64,000 nt of DNA from Synergistaceae bacterium UBA6083 (GTDB lineage Bacteria; Synergistota; Synergistia; Synergistales; 79-D21), in NCBI GenBank assembly GCA_002436015.1, contig DIXJ01000009.1, forward strand, positions 64,121-128,120, in the 5' to 3' direction. Below the pieces are notes generated by a model. The model worked only from the letters and a program-made list of their open reading frames with translations. It was not told the origin of the DNA and searched no databases. The position numbers and the translations under genes are program-made. Positions 37,110 to 46,332 of the stretch are shown here, piece by piece. Position 1 is the first letter of the stretch. Every line of letters begins with the position of its first letter.

Positions 37110-38449
37110 TGTTTGCCGTTTTCCAGGTGGCGATCCACCGTGAAGCGCCACAGGTCAGCCCCATCCGGCCCGGGGAGTCCCGCTTTACGGCTGGCGACGG
37201 CCAACTGCTCCTCCACATTGTCGATCCCTTCGAGGTCAGGCAGGAGGACCCCCCGACGGTTCCCCTTCTCGACGATAACTCCGTATCGCCGGGGATCCAG
37301 CGATTCCGGGCCGGAGATCCTTTCGGGCGAGCCGAGAACGTCCACCGAGACCGTGATTCCCGGCAATTCCGAAAGCGTGACGGGCTCGAAACGGGGATCC
37401 CTCGTGGCGCTGGAGATTGCGTTTTGGAGAATCTCCTCCCCAAGCGAAGGGCAGATCGGTTCCAAGGTTCCTATGCATCCTCGAAGTGAGCCGTCCGTGC
37501 GGTTTTTCAGGGAAACGAAACAGGCTTGCCTTGCCTCCCAGAGTTCATGGCCCGGGTACAGGTTTTTAACTTCGTCCGCAACAAGCCTTCTGCCCGTTTC
37601 GAGATAGTGCCGGATCGAGGCTCGGGCAAGCCCCGGCAGCTTGGCACCGTTTTTGTTTTCGGTATTCCCCGGGCATTCCCAGAGTGCCGTGCCGTATCCG
37701 ACCCCGAAAGGGGCTTCGTAGGAGAGCACTTCAATTGGATCCTTTCCAGCCAGCCCGAGGAGGGTGAGCGCGGAGCGTAGGCCACATTCCCCTGCCCTGT
37801 CGACGAAGGCTGGATCAAGGTCCAGGAGGGCTTGTGCGTCATTGCGCCTTATCGAGTCCATGACAAGGGCGTCGAAGCGGGCACCGTCAGGGTGATAGCC
37901 TGCCGGTGCCTCGGGAGTTACCCTATGCGACAGGTCTCCGCTCGCCAAAAGGGCCCACCTGCGAAAGTCCCTGAATTCGGACAGGAGTTTCCCGAGGGAG
38001 AAAGCCGCTTGCAGGCCAAGCCCGATTGGGTTCGCCAGGACGAGGCGGGGCAAGTTTCCCCAAGCCTTGTGAAACCAGGTCAGGGGTACGACTGAGGCGT
38101 GGTCGAGCTGGAAGGTTCCGGTACCCCACCTGGGGACGGGTATGGACGATTTGAGAAAATCGACAAGGTCGTGAGAGGCATCGCAGCCTCCGGAGGCTTC
38201 AAAGAGGGTTCCGCCAACTCCGAATTTCTGGAGTCCACCCTCGAACCCGAGTGCGTCGACGAACATCAGCCCATCACCAAAGGGGGCATGGGGACTGAGA
38301 ACCAGCAAAACTTCGGGTTTCCTGTCACGGAGCCTTTCGGCGAGGCCCTGCATACCCTTGAGAGTGACGGAAGCTTCCCTTTCCCTTCCCCGGCCGACCT
38401 CGGGGACGATTATTGGCGGATGAGGAGCCAGGCAACCCCAAAGCCACAT
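37106..38449 (-). CDS. amrA: fusion protein: LigB/Memo-fold (class III extradiol dioxygenase-like) N-terminal domain + AMMECR1 domain (AmmeMemoRadiSam protein A)
   Basis: N-terminal ~270 aa: APHPPIIVPE, LSPHAP, LDHASVVPL, ASGDLSH. C-terminal ~175 aa: ACFVSLKNRTDGSLRGCIGT, PRFEPV, GVLLP, typical of AMMECR1. Confidence 0.75.
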   Translation of the reverse strand: MWLWGCLAPHPPIIVPEVGRGREREASVTLKGMQGLAERLRDRKPEVLLVLSPHAPFGDGLMFVDALGFEGGLQKFGVGGTLFEASGGCDASHDLVDFLKSSIPVPRWGTGTFQLDHASVVPLTWFHKAWGNLPRLVLANPIGLGLQAAFSLGKLLSEFRDFRRWALLASGDLSHRVTPEAPAGYHPDGARFDALVMDSIRRNDAQALLDLDPAFVDRAGECGLRSALTLLGLAGKDPIEVLSYEAPFGVGYGTALWECPGNTENKNGAKLPGLARASIRHYLETGRRLVADEVKNLYPGHELWEARQACFVSLKNRTDGSLRGCIGTLEPICPSLGEEILQNAISSATRDPRFEPVTLSELPGITVSVDVLGSPERISGPESLDPRRYGVIVEKGNRRGVLLPDLEGIDNVEEQLAVASRKAGLPGPDGADLWRFTVDRHLENGKQ

Positions 38450-38539
38450 TTTTCAGACCCCCCTTCTTTCAAGACAAATATACCCCAACCCTGACATTTT
38501 GTTGAGAATATCGGGTGGGAATCCAGGGGGAAAATCGGG

Positions 38540-39613
38540 CTAAATGATGAACATCGCGTCACCGAAAGAGAAAAAACGGTAGTTTTCCCTCACTGCCGCG
38601 TGATAGGCACCCATGGTTGCCTCATGCCCGGCAAAGGCGCTGACAAGCATCAGGAGGCTGCTCTTCGGGAGATGGAAGTTCGTAATGAGGGCATCGATCA
38701 CCTTGAAGCGATAGCCCGGGTAAATAAATAGTTTGGTCTGGTCAATTCCGGGCCGGCAAGTCCATATTTGCGAAGAAGCCTCGAGCGCTCGTACGACTGT
38801 CGTTCCGACGGCGATGACTCGCCTTCCATCCTGTCGTGCGGCGTTCACCCTTTCAGCCGCTTCTTTGGGAATTTCGAAAAACTCTTCGTGCATGGGATGT
38901 TGCCGGATATCCGCTTCCTTGACGGGGCGGAACGTCCCGATACCGACATGAAGGGTCAGCCTCGCCACCTCGATCCCCATCGAGCAGATCTCGTCGAGGA
39001 GGGGTTCCGTGAAATGCAGCCCGGCTGTGGGTGCTGCGACAGCTCCTTCATTTTTCGCATAAACGGTCTGGTACCTTCCCGGGTTGATAGTGCTGTTGTG
39101 GATATACGGGGGAAGGGGGACCTGCCCCGCCCTGTCGATAAAATCGTGGATATCTAGTGTCTCCGGGAATGTCACTACCCGCAGGCCGTCCGGAAGGCAT
39201 TCCCCCACCGTGACGCATGCTCCCCCGTCCAGCAGTACGGAAATCCCTGGTTGAAGGCGCCTGCCGGGCCTGACGAGGGCTTCCCATCGCTTCCAAAGCG
39301 GATCAAGGGCCCTCAGCAGGAATATTTCCGATCGGGCGGTCCCGCCGGTTTTTGTCCCGTAAAGGCGTGCCGGAATGACCCTTGCATCGTTCAGGACCAG
39401 CAAATCTCCCGGTAAAAGGTAATCGACGATGTTGCGGAAGGATCGATGCTCGATGCGGCCCGCATCACGCTTCAGGACCAGAAGCCTCGATGAGTCCCTT
39501 GGTTCTGCGGGGACTTGGGCGATATGTCCCTCAGGGAGATCGTAATTGTAAGATTCGGTCCTGAGCAGGTCGTGGGAAACCTGAAGGGATGGACCGGTTT
39601 CGTCAGCTTTCAT
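38540..39613 (-). CDS. queA: tRNA preQ1(34) S-adenosylmethionine ribosyltransferase-isomerase
   Basis: YNYDLPEGHIAQ, LLVLNDARVIPARL and AAPTAGLHFT motifs. Confidence 0.95.
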   Translation of the reverse strand: MKADETGPSLQVSHDLLRTESYNYDLPEGHIAQVPAEPRDSSRLLVLKRDAGRIEHRSFRNIVDYLLPGDLLVLNDARVIPARLYGTKTGGTARSEIFLLRALDPLWKRWEALVRPGRRLQPGISVLLDGGACVTVGECLPDGLRVVTFPETLDIHDFIDRAGQVPLPPYIHNSTINPGRYQTVYAKNEGAVAAPTAGLHFTEPLLDEICSMGIEVARLTLHVGIGTFRPVKEADIRQHPMHEEFFEIPKEAAERVNAARQDGRRVIAVGTTVVRALEASSQIWTCRPGIDQTKLFIYPGYRFKVIDALITNFHLPKSSLLMLVSAFAGHEATMGAYHAAVRENYRFFSFGDAMFII

Positions 39614-39625
39614 TGGGACTCCCTG

Positions 39626-40987
39626 TCAGCGGAGGACCTGGAGCGTGGTCCCGGGGAAGTAATGGCCGAGAATAGCCCTGTAGTCCCACCCGTTTTCAGA
39701 AAGGGCCTTTGCCCCCCACTGGGAAAGGCCGACCCCGTGTCCCCATCCTCTGCCCTGGAAGTCGAAAAAGGCCGGGCCGGTTCCTGAAAAAGACCGTGCG
39801 GGAGCTGGCAGAGCGGGTGCGGCGGGAATAGGTGCCTGGTGGTCCCCTCCCCTCGCTAGGGCTTTCTTGATGTAATCCTCCCGCTTTTCCGGGTGAAGGA
39901 GCATATCCATCAGCTCTGTGCTGGAGAAGGCCCCCTGCCGGGTAAGGACGATCAGGGGATCTTCGCCAGCTTTCAACGGGACCGGGGCCGAGGGGGAAAT
40001 CGGCACTCCCGTTCCCGCAAAGGCGACATCGAAAAGGGTGCTGCGTATCAGGTTGCTCCCCGCAGCCATTCGGAAAGAATGGCCCTTGACCGTGGCGCTC
40101 CCTGAAGTGCCCCGCACTTCAAGGAGGGTCACGCGGTTTCCGCTGTCTTTCTGCGCTGTCCTGATCTCGAGGATCGTTCCGACCGGGGCCTTGAGGGCGT
40201 TCATGATTTTCTGCAAGGTTTCCTGGGAGAGCGAGGCTTTCCAGCGACTATGGGGAGTTTCGTAAGGTACGGGCTCAGGGCGGCATGTCAGGTAAGGCAA
40301 TCTTCCGCCCCACACGGTCGAGACATCGGCCGTCCACCCGGCCCCGTCTGAGAAGTAGTAGGTGTGTGCGAGCTGGGAACCGTAAAAGACCATGATCCCA
40401 CGGGTTTCTGCGATAGCCCGGTCGAGCTTGGGATCTTCGGCTGCCATCCCCCGGTATGCCTGGCAGTGGGTCGTGGAGCACAGGTCGAAACCTTCTTTCC
40501 CATGCCGGCCGGCTTGCCGCAGGGCATAGGTACGGGCAATGACCGCCTGGGCTTTCAGGGCTTCCATGGGCCAGGCCGGGTTCACCTCGATTTTCAGTAC
40601 TCCCCTGAGGTAGGATTCGACATCAAGAACGTTGACCACCGAAAAACCGTTATTGTATGGGAAGAGGCTCAGGCTACCCCGATAGGGCCTTCCATTCCAC
40701 TTGATCGGTTGCGCTCCTTGAAATTCCAAGGGGAGGGATGCCGCCTGTCCGTTGACAAGCATCCTTCCAGCCGAAAGTTCCAAGATGGCCCGCCGACCCA
40801 CGGAAAGGGTTCTTCCCCCCGCATCTGTGCATCGCAGGGGCGCTTCAGACTCTACTGTACCGGATTGGGCACCTGTCGCGATCCCAATGCGCACCAGCCT
40901 AGGGGAGGCTTGTACGGGTTTCGAAAAAAGGCAGGATGTGCCCGCAAGAATCAGGCTTAAAGCAAGGATGAATTTGAGAGTTTTCAT
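39626..40987 (-). CDS. SpoIID/LytB domain-containing protein
   Basis: Signal peptide. ESYLRGVLKIEVNPAWPMEALKAQAVIARTYAL and CSTTHCQAYRG SpoIID motifs. ATG-40987 forms an ATGA overlap with the DUF2905 stop (GAGGTGG SD); GTG-40996 is an alternative. Confidence 0.8.
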   Translation of the reverse strand: MKTLKFILALSLILAGTSCLFSKPVQASPRLVRIGIATGAQSGTVESEAPLRCTDAGGRTLSVGRRAILELSAGRMLVNGQAASLPLEFQGAQPIKWNGRPYRGSLSLFPYNNGFSVVNVLDVESYLRGVLKIEVNPAWPMEALKAQAVIARTYALRQAGRHGKEGFDLCSTTHCQAYRGMAAEDPKLDRAIAETRGIMVFYGSQLAHTYYFSDGAGWTADVSTVWGGRLPYLTCRPEPVPYETPHSRWKASLSQETLQKIMNALKAPVGTILEIRTAQKDSGNRVTLLEVRGTSGSATVKGHSFRMAAGSNLIRSTLFDVAFAGTGVPISPSAPVPLKAGEDPLIVLTRQGAFSSTELMDMLLHPEKREDYIKKALARGGDHQAPIPAAPALPAPARSFSGTGPAFFDFQGRGWGHGVGLSQWGAKALSENGWDYRAILGHYFPGTTLQVLR

Positions 40988-41217
40988 TTTAACCACCTCA
41001 GGAAAAGGTTCATGAGGATTGTCAGGACTAGGCTGACGAGGACCATGGTCCCGATAGGGGCAAAGAACAGGACATGCTTTCCACGAAAAGAGAAGTCCCC
41101 GGGAAGGCGGCCCAGCGGAAGGCCGATCTTTCCCGCCAGGATGACGAGCCCCCCCAGAACAACCATCAACGCTCCCGCAAAAAGGAGGAACTTACCCAGG
41201 GATTGCATCGGGTTCAT
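40984..41217 (-). CDS. DUF2905 family small membrane protein
   Basis: 77 aa, two TM segments, [20 protein letters not shown] motif. Typical position immediately after ruvB. Confidence 0.7.
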   Translation of the reverse strand: MNPMQSLGKFLLFAGALMVVLGGLVILAGKIGLPLGRLPGDFSFRGKHVLFFAPIGTMVLVSLVLTILMNLFLRWLK

Positions 41218-42257
41218 TCAGTGCCTTCGAGGAGGCTCATCTGTCTGGCATAACCCACCGGGGCTGAAAGGCCCAGGTATTCGAAGGCCGTCGGAGTCGC
41301 CCGCCTTCCCCGCGGAGTTCTTTCAATCAATCCCTTGCGGATCAGGAAGGGTTCGTAGATGTCCTCGACGGTTTGTTGTTCCTCGTTCAGCGCCGCAGCC
41401 AGGGTCGCAAGTCCCACGGGTCCTCCGGCGAAGAGCTCTATGAGGGCTCGCAGCAGTTTCCTGTCTCCTTCGTCCAATCCTGAATGGTCGATTGAAAGCA
41501 TCTCCAGGGCGCTTTTTGCCAGCGAAGCGTCGATAAGGGGGCGATTGCTGACGGCGGCGACGTCGCGCACCCGTTTCAGCAAGCGGATGGCCACCCGGGG
41601 AGTCCCCCTGGACCGGAGTGCGATTTCCATGGCCGCAGCCGGATTGACCTCGATTTTCATCACGCATGCTCCCCGCCGAACGATCTCCGAAAGTTCCTCC
41701 GGGTTGTAGAGGTCGAGCTGCTCCACGATGCCGAAGCGGGCGCGCAGGGGGGAAGTGAGAAGCCCCAGGCGCGTCGTTGCCCCTATCAGCGTGAAGGGAG
41801 GGAGGCTAAGCCGGATGCTTCTGGCGAAAGGTCCCTTTCCGACAACGATATCAAGGGAATAGTCCTCCATGGAAGGGTAGAGAATTTCCTCCACGTTCGG
41901 TGAAAGACGGTGGATTTCATCGATGAAAAGCACGTCACCCGGTTGCAGGTTCGAAAGAAGGGCTGCCAGGTCTCCTGCCCTTTCCAGGGCGGGTCCGGTG
42001 GTCACCTTCAGGTTCCCGGACATTTCATTCGCGATGATTCCCGCCAGAGTGGTTTTACCAAGTCCCGGCGGGCCGAAAAAAAGGAGGTGGTCGAGGGGTT
42101 CCTTCCGCATGCGGGCAGCATCAATGTAAATCCGTAACTTCTCTCTCAGTGGTTTTTGGCCGATAAACTCATCCAGCCTCTGTGGCCTGAGTGAAAGGTT
42201 GTCCACTTCCCCTGCGATCCTTGGTGGTTCGACAATGCGGTTAGGTTCCGGGTTCAT
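41214..42257 (-). CDS. ruvB: Holliday junction branch migration DNA helicase RuvB
   Basis: [21 protein letters not shown] and LFIDEIHRL motifs, plus a C-terminal winged helix. Confidence 0.95.
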   Translation of the reverse strand: MNPEPNRIVEPPRIAGEVDNLSLRPQRLDEFIGQKPLREKLRIYIDAARMRKEPLDHLLFFGPPGLGKTTLAGIIANEMSGNLKVTTGPALERAGDLAALLSNLQPGDVLFIDEIHRLSPNVEEILYPSMEDYSLDIVVGKGPFARSIRLSLPPFTLIGATTRLGLLTSPLRARFGIVEQLDLYNPEELSEIVRRGACVMKIEVNPAAAMEIALRSRGTPRVAIRLLKRVRDVAAVSNRPLIDASLAKSALEMLSIDHSGLDEGDRKLLRALIELFAGGPVGLATLAAALNEEQQTVEDIYEPFLIRKGLIERTPRGRRATPTAFEYLGLSAPVGYARQMSLLEGTE

Positions 42258-42868
42258 CTCCGCTCACCCCTGATCCGGTTCAGCAGGCGCAAAGCAGATT
42301 CGAGGATCTCTTCCTCGCGGGCACTCTCACCCGCCTGGGCCATGGCCGCACGCACGGCGCCCGAGGCCTCCGGCCGCGAAAAACCCAGCCCGACCAGGGC
42401 GTCGAGGACCTCGTTCCCAGTTAGCGTGGGGTTCAACTCGATCCCTTCTCCAGAGAGCACAGGAAAATCCCGAGCGAGCCTTTCCCGAAGTTCAAAGCAA
42501 AGCCTTTCAGCGGTCTTGCGCCCTACCCCTGGTATTCGAGTGAGTGTCCCCATGTCCGAAGAAAGGATGGCTTTAACGAGAGCCCGGGGTGCCTCTGCCC
42601 TTAACAGGCTCATGGCCATGCGGCCGCCTACGCCCTTGACCGCGAGCAATTCAAGGAAAAGACGCCTTTCCTCATCATCGACGAAACCGAAAAGCGAGAT
42701 CCCGGATTCGTTCACCAGGAGGTAAGTCTGGATTCTGGCCATTTCCCCCTCAACGCAGGCTTCCGCCGCCCTTCGGCTGCAGTGGACTTCCAAGCCCAGG
42801 CCATTGACATCCAGCACCACCGTTTCGTCCTGAACCCGGAGAACCTGTCCGTATATGCTCCTCAGCAT
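42254..42868 (-). CDS. ruvA: Holliday junction branch migration protein RuvA
   Basis: MLRSIYGQV..., HhH motifs VKGVGGRMA / [12 protein letters not shown], 204 aa. The upstream 138 codons of the 342-aa ORF overlap ruvC and were rejected. Confidence 0.9.
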   Translation of the reverse strand: MLRSIYGQVLRVQDETVVLDVNGLGLEVHCSRRAAEACVEGEMARIQTYLLVNESGISLFGFVDDEERRLFLELLAVKGVGGRMAMSLLRAEAPRALVKAILSSDMGTLTRIPGVGRKTAERLCFELRERLARDFPVLSGEGIELNPTLTGNEVLDALVGLGFSRPEASGAVRAAMAQAGESAREEEILESALRLLNRIRGERR

Positions 42869-43395
42869 GAGCGTCGTCCCTCCAGGGCTAGGATTCGGGA
42901 TTCCGTGGCATTCATCGCAAGGCCTGTCAGCGCAATGGCCAAAGCATCCGCGACATCGTCGGGCCTTGGCGGCACAGGCAGGCGAAGAATCTCGGAAACC
43001 ATTCGCTGGACCTGGTTCTTGGTCGCGGTGCCGCTTCCGGCGATGGCCATCTTGACCTCGGCAGGCTTGGGCTGGAACAGTGGAAGAGCATTTTGCGCCG
43101 CCAGTAGAAGAACGACCCCACGAGCCTGCCAGACAGCTTCCGCGGTCGTCGTGTTCCTTCCGAAAAAAAGCCGTTCGACGGCAATGATATCGGGTTCGAG
43201 GCGACCGATGATTTCCCGGAGGGAAGAATAAAGGACCAGGAGTCGTTTCGGCAACTCTTCCCCCGGGCGTGTCTCTACGCAACCATAATCAACGGGACTC
43301 AGGGTGTTCCCCGCTTGGCGGACCAGGGCAAACCCCAGCCTTCCGATCCCGGGGTCGATCCCGAGGCAGCGGGTAACCCCGCACTCAGCCGGCAA
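42862..43395 (-). CDS. ruvC: crossover junction endodeoxyribonuclease RuvC
   Basis: LGIDPGIGRLGFALV, IAVERLFF, and a C-terminal DVADALAIAL acidic catalytic motif. Confidence 0.9.
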   Translation of the reverse strand: MPAECGVTRCLGIDPGIGRLGFALVRQAGNTLSPVDYGCVETRPGEELPKRLLVLYSSLREIIGRLEPDIIAVERLFFGRNTTTAEAVWQARGVVLLLAAQNALPLFQPKPAEVKMAIAGSGTATKNQVQRMVSEILRLPVPPRPDDVADALAIALTGLAMNATESRILALEGRRSC

Positions 43396-44140
43396 TGGCC
43401 TCCATCACCTCATCGGGGATGTCGAAATTGCCGTAGACGTTCTGGACGTCGTCATGGTCTTCGAGGATTTCCACCAGGCGAAGGACCCGGGCGGCATCCT
43501 CCTTCTTCGCGATTTCAACGGAGTTCTTGGGCACCATGCTCAATTCCGTGCCCCCCACGGCGTATCCCTTGGACTTGAGGGCTTCTTTCACTTCTGAAAG
43601 AACCGAAGGGTCGCAATAGACCGTGTAGCCGTCTTCCCCATCCTGGACAAGATCATCTGCGCCTCCTTCGATGGTGGCTTCCATCAGTTTTTCCTCATCA
43701 AGGTTCTTGCCCGTGACGCTGAGGACTCCCCGCCTTTCGAACATCCAACCCACCGATCCGGCTTCTCCCATGTTGCCGCCGTTCCTGGAAAAGAGCGAGC
43801 GCATATCGGCACTGGTGCGGTTCCGGTTATCGGTTAGCGTCTCAACCAGAATGGCGACTCCGGCTGGGCCGAACCCTTCGTACGTGATCTCTTCGTAGGT
43901 GGCTCCCTCGATCTCGCCCGTTCCGCGCTTGATGGCGCGGTCAATGTTATCCATGGGCATGTTGTATTCTCGAGCCTTGTCGATAGCGGTCTTCAGGCGG
44001 AAATTGGCATTCGGGTCTCCCCCGCCTTCGCGGGCGGCCACGATGATGAACTTGGCAAGCTTCTGGAATACCGCACCCTTCTTGGCGTCCTGTGCCCCCT
44101 TGCGATGCTTGATGTTTGCCCACTTTGAATGTCCTGACAT
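43385..44140 (-). CDS. YebC/PmpR family DNA-binding transcriptional regulator
   Basis: MSGHSKWANIKHRKGAQDAKKG canonical N-terminus; 251 aa. Confidence 0.95.
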   Translation of the reverse strand: MSGHSKWANIKHRKGAQDAKKGAVFQKLAKFIIVAAREGGGDPNANFRLKTAIDKAREYNMPMDNIDRAIKRGTGEIEGATYEEITYEGFGPAGVAILVETLTDNRNRTSADMRSLFSRNGGNMGEAGSVGWMFERRGVLSVTGKNLDEEKLMEATIEGGADDLVQDGEDGYTVYCDPSVLSEVKEALKSKGYAVGGTELSMVPKNSVEIAKKEDAARVLRLVEILEDHDDVQNVYGNFDIPDEVMEAIAG

Positions 44141-44157
44141 TGACGATCACCTCTTCA

Positions 44158-44913
44158 TCATGCTTGTTTCGTTTCGCCTATCCGGCAAAGGGGAGGCATG
44201 TTTCTCTTGTGTTCGGAACGGGCTCGGGAGCGCTCCACGAAATCCCGCACCTTTTCATGACCTTCACCCCGTGCCAGGTAACGGTCGAGTTCATCATAAG
44301 CGACGCCCATTTCGCCTTCGTCAGTCTGTCCTTGCCAAAGGCCCGCCGAGGGGGGTTTATCGATAACGGGCGCAGGGACACCCAAAAGGCTTGCCAGCTG
44401 CCGCACTTCTCCCTTGAGCAGATCCCCGAGGGGAAGGAGGTCGACGCCTGAATCGCCGTACTTTGTGAAGTAACCTACGGTAAGCTCGACCCGGTTCCCG
44501 GTCCCACAAACAAGGAGATTCCTCTCCTGGGCGAGGTAATAGAGAGTGATCATCCGAAGTCGCGGCTTCAGGTTGGCAGTGGCAAGTTTTGCCCCTTCGC
44601 TTCCAGCGGCGGGCAAGGCCGACAGGAGGGTATCATAGGTGTCTGTCAGGTCGACGACAAGAAGTGGAAGTTCGAAATGACGGGCAACCAGTTCCGCATG
44701 AAGACGGTCTTCAGGGTGACTGTGGCAGGGCATGATGGCAGCCATCATGCGGTCCCCACAAACTCTTTTCAGGATTGCCGCAACGACGGCAGAGTCGATT
44801 CCTCCGCTAAGGCCGACGATCCCGCCCTTCTCGCCCGCGGCGCGAAGTTTTTCCCCAAGCCAGTTTTCGATCGAGTTGAGAAGGATAGATGGGTTCCGGT
44901 AAAGGGTGGACAT
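44158..44913 (-). CDS. nadE: NAD(+) synthase, single-domain (ammonia-dependent type)
   Basis: GLSGGIDSAVVA PP-loop; 251 aa with no fused glutaminase domain. Confidence 0.9.
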   Translation of the reverse strand: MSTLYRNPSILLNSIENWLGEKLRAAGEKGGIVGLSGGIDSAVVAAILKRVCGDRMMAAIMPCHSHPEDRLHAELVARHFELPLLVVDLTDTYDTLLSALPAAGSEGAKLATANLKPRLRMITLYYLAQERNLLVCGTGNRVELTVGYFTKYGDSGVDLLPLGDLLKGEVRQLASLLGVPAPVIDKPPSAGLWQGQTDEGEMGVAYDELDRYLARGEGHEKVRDFVERSRARSEHKRNMPPLCRIGETKQA

Positions 44914-45013
44914 CTGTCATGTCTCCTGACGCAAAAGGTTAAAGGCAGAAATATTCTAGCATATCGATCCCGGCGGTTCCGGCTTTAAAGACAGGGACTC
45001 TTCCCGTTGCCGT

Positions 45014-45811
45014 TCAGATCGCGGAAACGATGGAATAGAGGCTACGCCTGCGACTTTCAAGAACTGGGAACGACTTGCGGACCCGCTCGACTTCCAGGGG
45101 GTCGATTTCGACAAGAAGGGTTTCATCGCCTGCACTTGCTTCCGCCATGATGGTTCCGTCCGGGGCAATTACCATCGAGTGCCCGCCGAAAAGCATTTCT
45201 CCCGACAAGCCGCTTCGATTGCACGCAATGACAAATACCTGGTTTTCGATCGCCCTGGCCTGCAACAGGGTTCTCCAGTGCCCGATCCGGCTTTCTGGCC
45301 AGGCTGCAGGGATAAGGAGGATTCGGGCTCCGGCCAGGGCAATTCCCCGGATATATTCCGGGAAGCGGATGTCGTAGCAGATCGCGTTTCCGCAGACGAG
45401 ACCCTTCCAAAGGAAAAGGGAGGCCCCGTCTCCAGGCTTGAAAAAAGAATTTTCATTCATCATCGGGATCAGGTGAGCCTTATCGTAGAAGGAGACGATC
45501 GTTCCGTCTTCCCCGACGAAGAAGGCCCGATTCATCAGGTGTTTCCCTTCGGTCCACGGCAGGCTGCCGCAGTGGACGGCACAAAGGTGTTCCCTCGACC
45601 AGGCCGAGAGGCGCTCCAGGATGGAAGGGCTGTCCTTGCCCTTCCCTGGGAGGGTTTCATCAAAGCGGGAAACTGTCCAGAGTTCTGGTAAGATGACGAG
45701 GGAGACTTCTTCAGGCAGGTTCCGAAGCCTGGTTTCGACTTGCAACGCCAGCTCCCGGGGCGAGTCGGAGGAACTATTCATCTGGATAATCGCAACATGT
45801 ACAGGGGGCAT
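45014..45811 (-). CDS. carbon-nitrogen hydrolase (nitrilase superfamily) protein
   Basis: E-K-C triad context: VILPELW, YDKAHL, GNAICYDIRFPE. ATG-45811 with GGGAGAG SD (GTG-45820 alternative). Confidence 0.8.
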   Translation of the reverse strand: MPPVHVAIIQMNSSSDSPRELALQVETRLRNLPEEVSLVILPELWTVSRFDETLPGKGKDSPSILERLSAWSREHLCAVHCGSLPWTEGKHLMNRAFFVGEDGTIVSFYDKAHLIPMMNENSFFKPGDGASLFLWKGLVCGNAICYDIRFPEYIRGIALAGARILLIPAAWPESRIGHWRTLLQARAIENQVFVIACNRSGLSGEMLFGGHSMVIAPDGTIMAEASAGDETLLVEIDPLEVERVRKSFPVLESRRRSLYSIVSAI

Positions 45812-45853
45812 TCCTAACACTCTCCCTTCCTGGGCAACGGAGGTGCACTCGTT

Positions 45854-46261
45854 ATGGAAGAAATGGTCCGTTTCAGCGTTTCAATGCCGGAAGACCTGGC
45901 GAGGGAATTTGACCGGTGGGTAGACGAAAAAAAGATGAAAAACCGTTCCGACGCCCTCAGGCAGATTATCCGGAGTTACATTGGGCAGGCCATGTGGGAG
46001 ATCCAGGAGGGGGAAGCGTACGGGACCTTTACTTTCTCCTACGATCACCACAGCAGGGATGCCAGCCGGGAGATCATGCGCCTCCAGCATGACTTTGGCG
46101 AATCCATTGTCTGTACGACTCATGTTCATATCGACCATGATACCTGCATGGAGGTCGTCCTGCTACGTGGCGCGACCCGGGAAATCCATCGTTTCGTTGA
46201 GGCGGCCTCTTCCCTCGGCTGTATCCGGGTGGGAGTCCCCAGCCTGCTTCCTCCCATCTGA
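45854..46261 (+). CDS. nikR: nickel-responsive transcriptional regulator NikR
   Basis: N-terminal ribbon-helix-helix VRFSVSMPEDLAREFD. C-terminal Ni site YDHH...THVHIDHDTCMEV aligns with E. coli LHVHINHDDCLEI. GGAGGTG SD. Confidence 0.85.
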   Translation: MEEMVRFSVSMPEDLAREFDRWVDEKKMKNRSDALRQIIRSYIGQAMWEIQEGEAYGTFTFSYDHHSRDASREIMRLQHDFGESIVCTTHVHIDHDTCMEVVLLRGATREIHRFVEAASSLGCIRVGVPSLLPPI

Positions 46262-46285
46262 GGTCAAACAGGCCAGCTTTCCGGA

Positions 46286-46323
46286 AAAAAAGGGGGGGCC
46301 GCCTCAAAGGCGGCCCCCCCTTT
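46286..46323. terminator. bidirectional rho-independent terminator between convergent nikR and arcB
   Basis: AAAAAAA-GGGGGGGCCGCC-TCAAA-GGCGGCCCCCC-TTT. An 11-12 bp GC stem, with a T7 tail on the - strand and T3 on the + strand. Confidence 0.8.
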
Positions 46324-46332
46324 GGTAATGAG

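Noticed and set aside
42869-43282. N-terminal 138-codon extension of the ruvA ORF (342 aa in the track)
   Set aside because: The extension lies wholly inside ruvC in another frame and is Arg/Gly/Pro-rich. RuvA homology begins at MLRSIYGQV (ATG-42868), which overlaps the ruvC stop.
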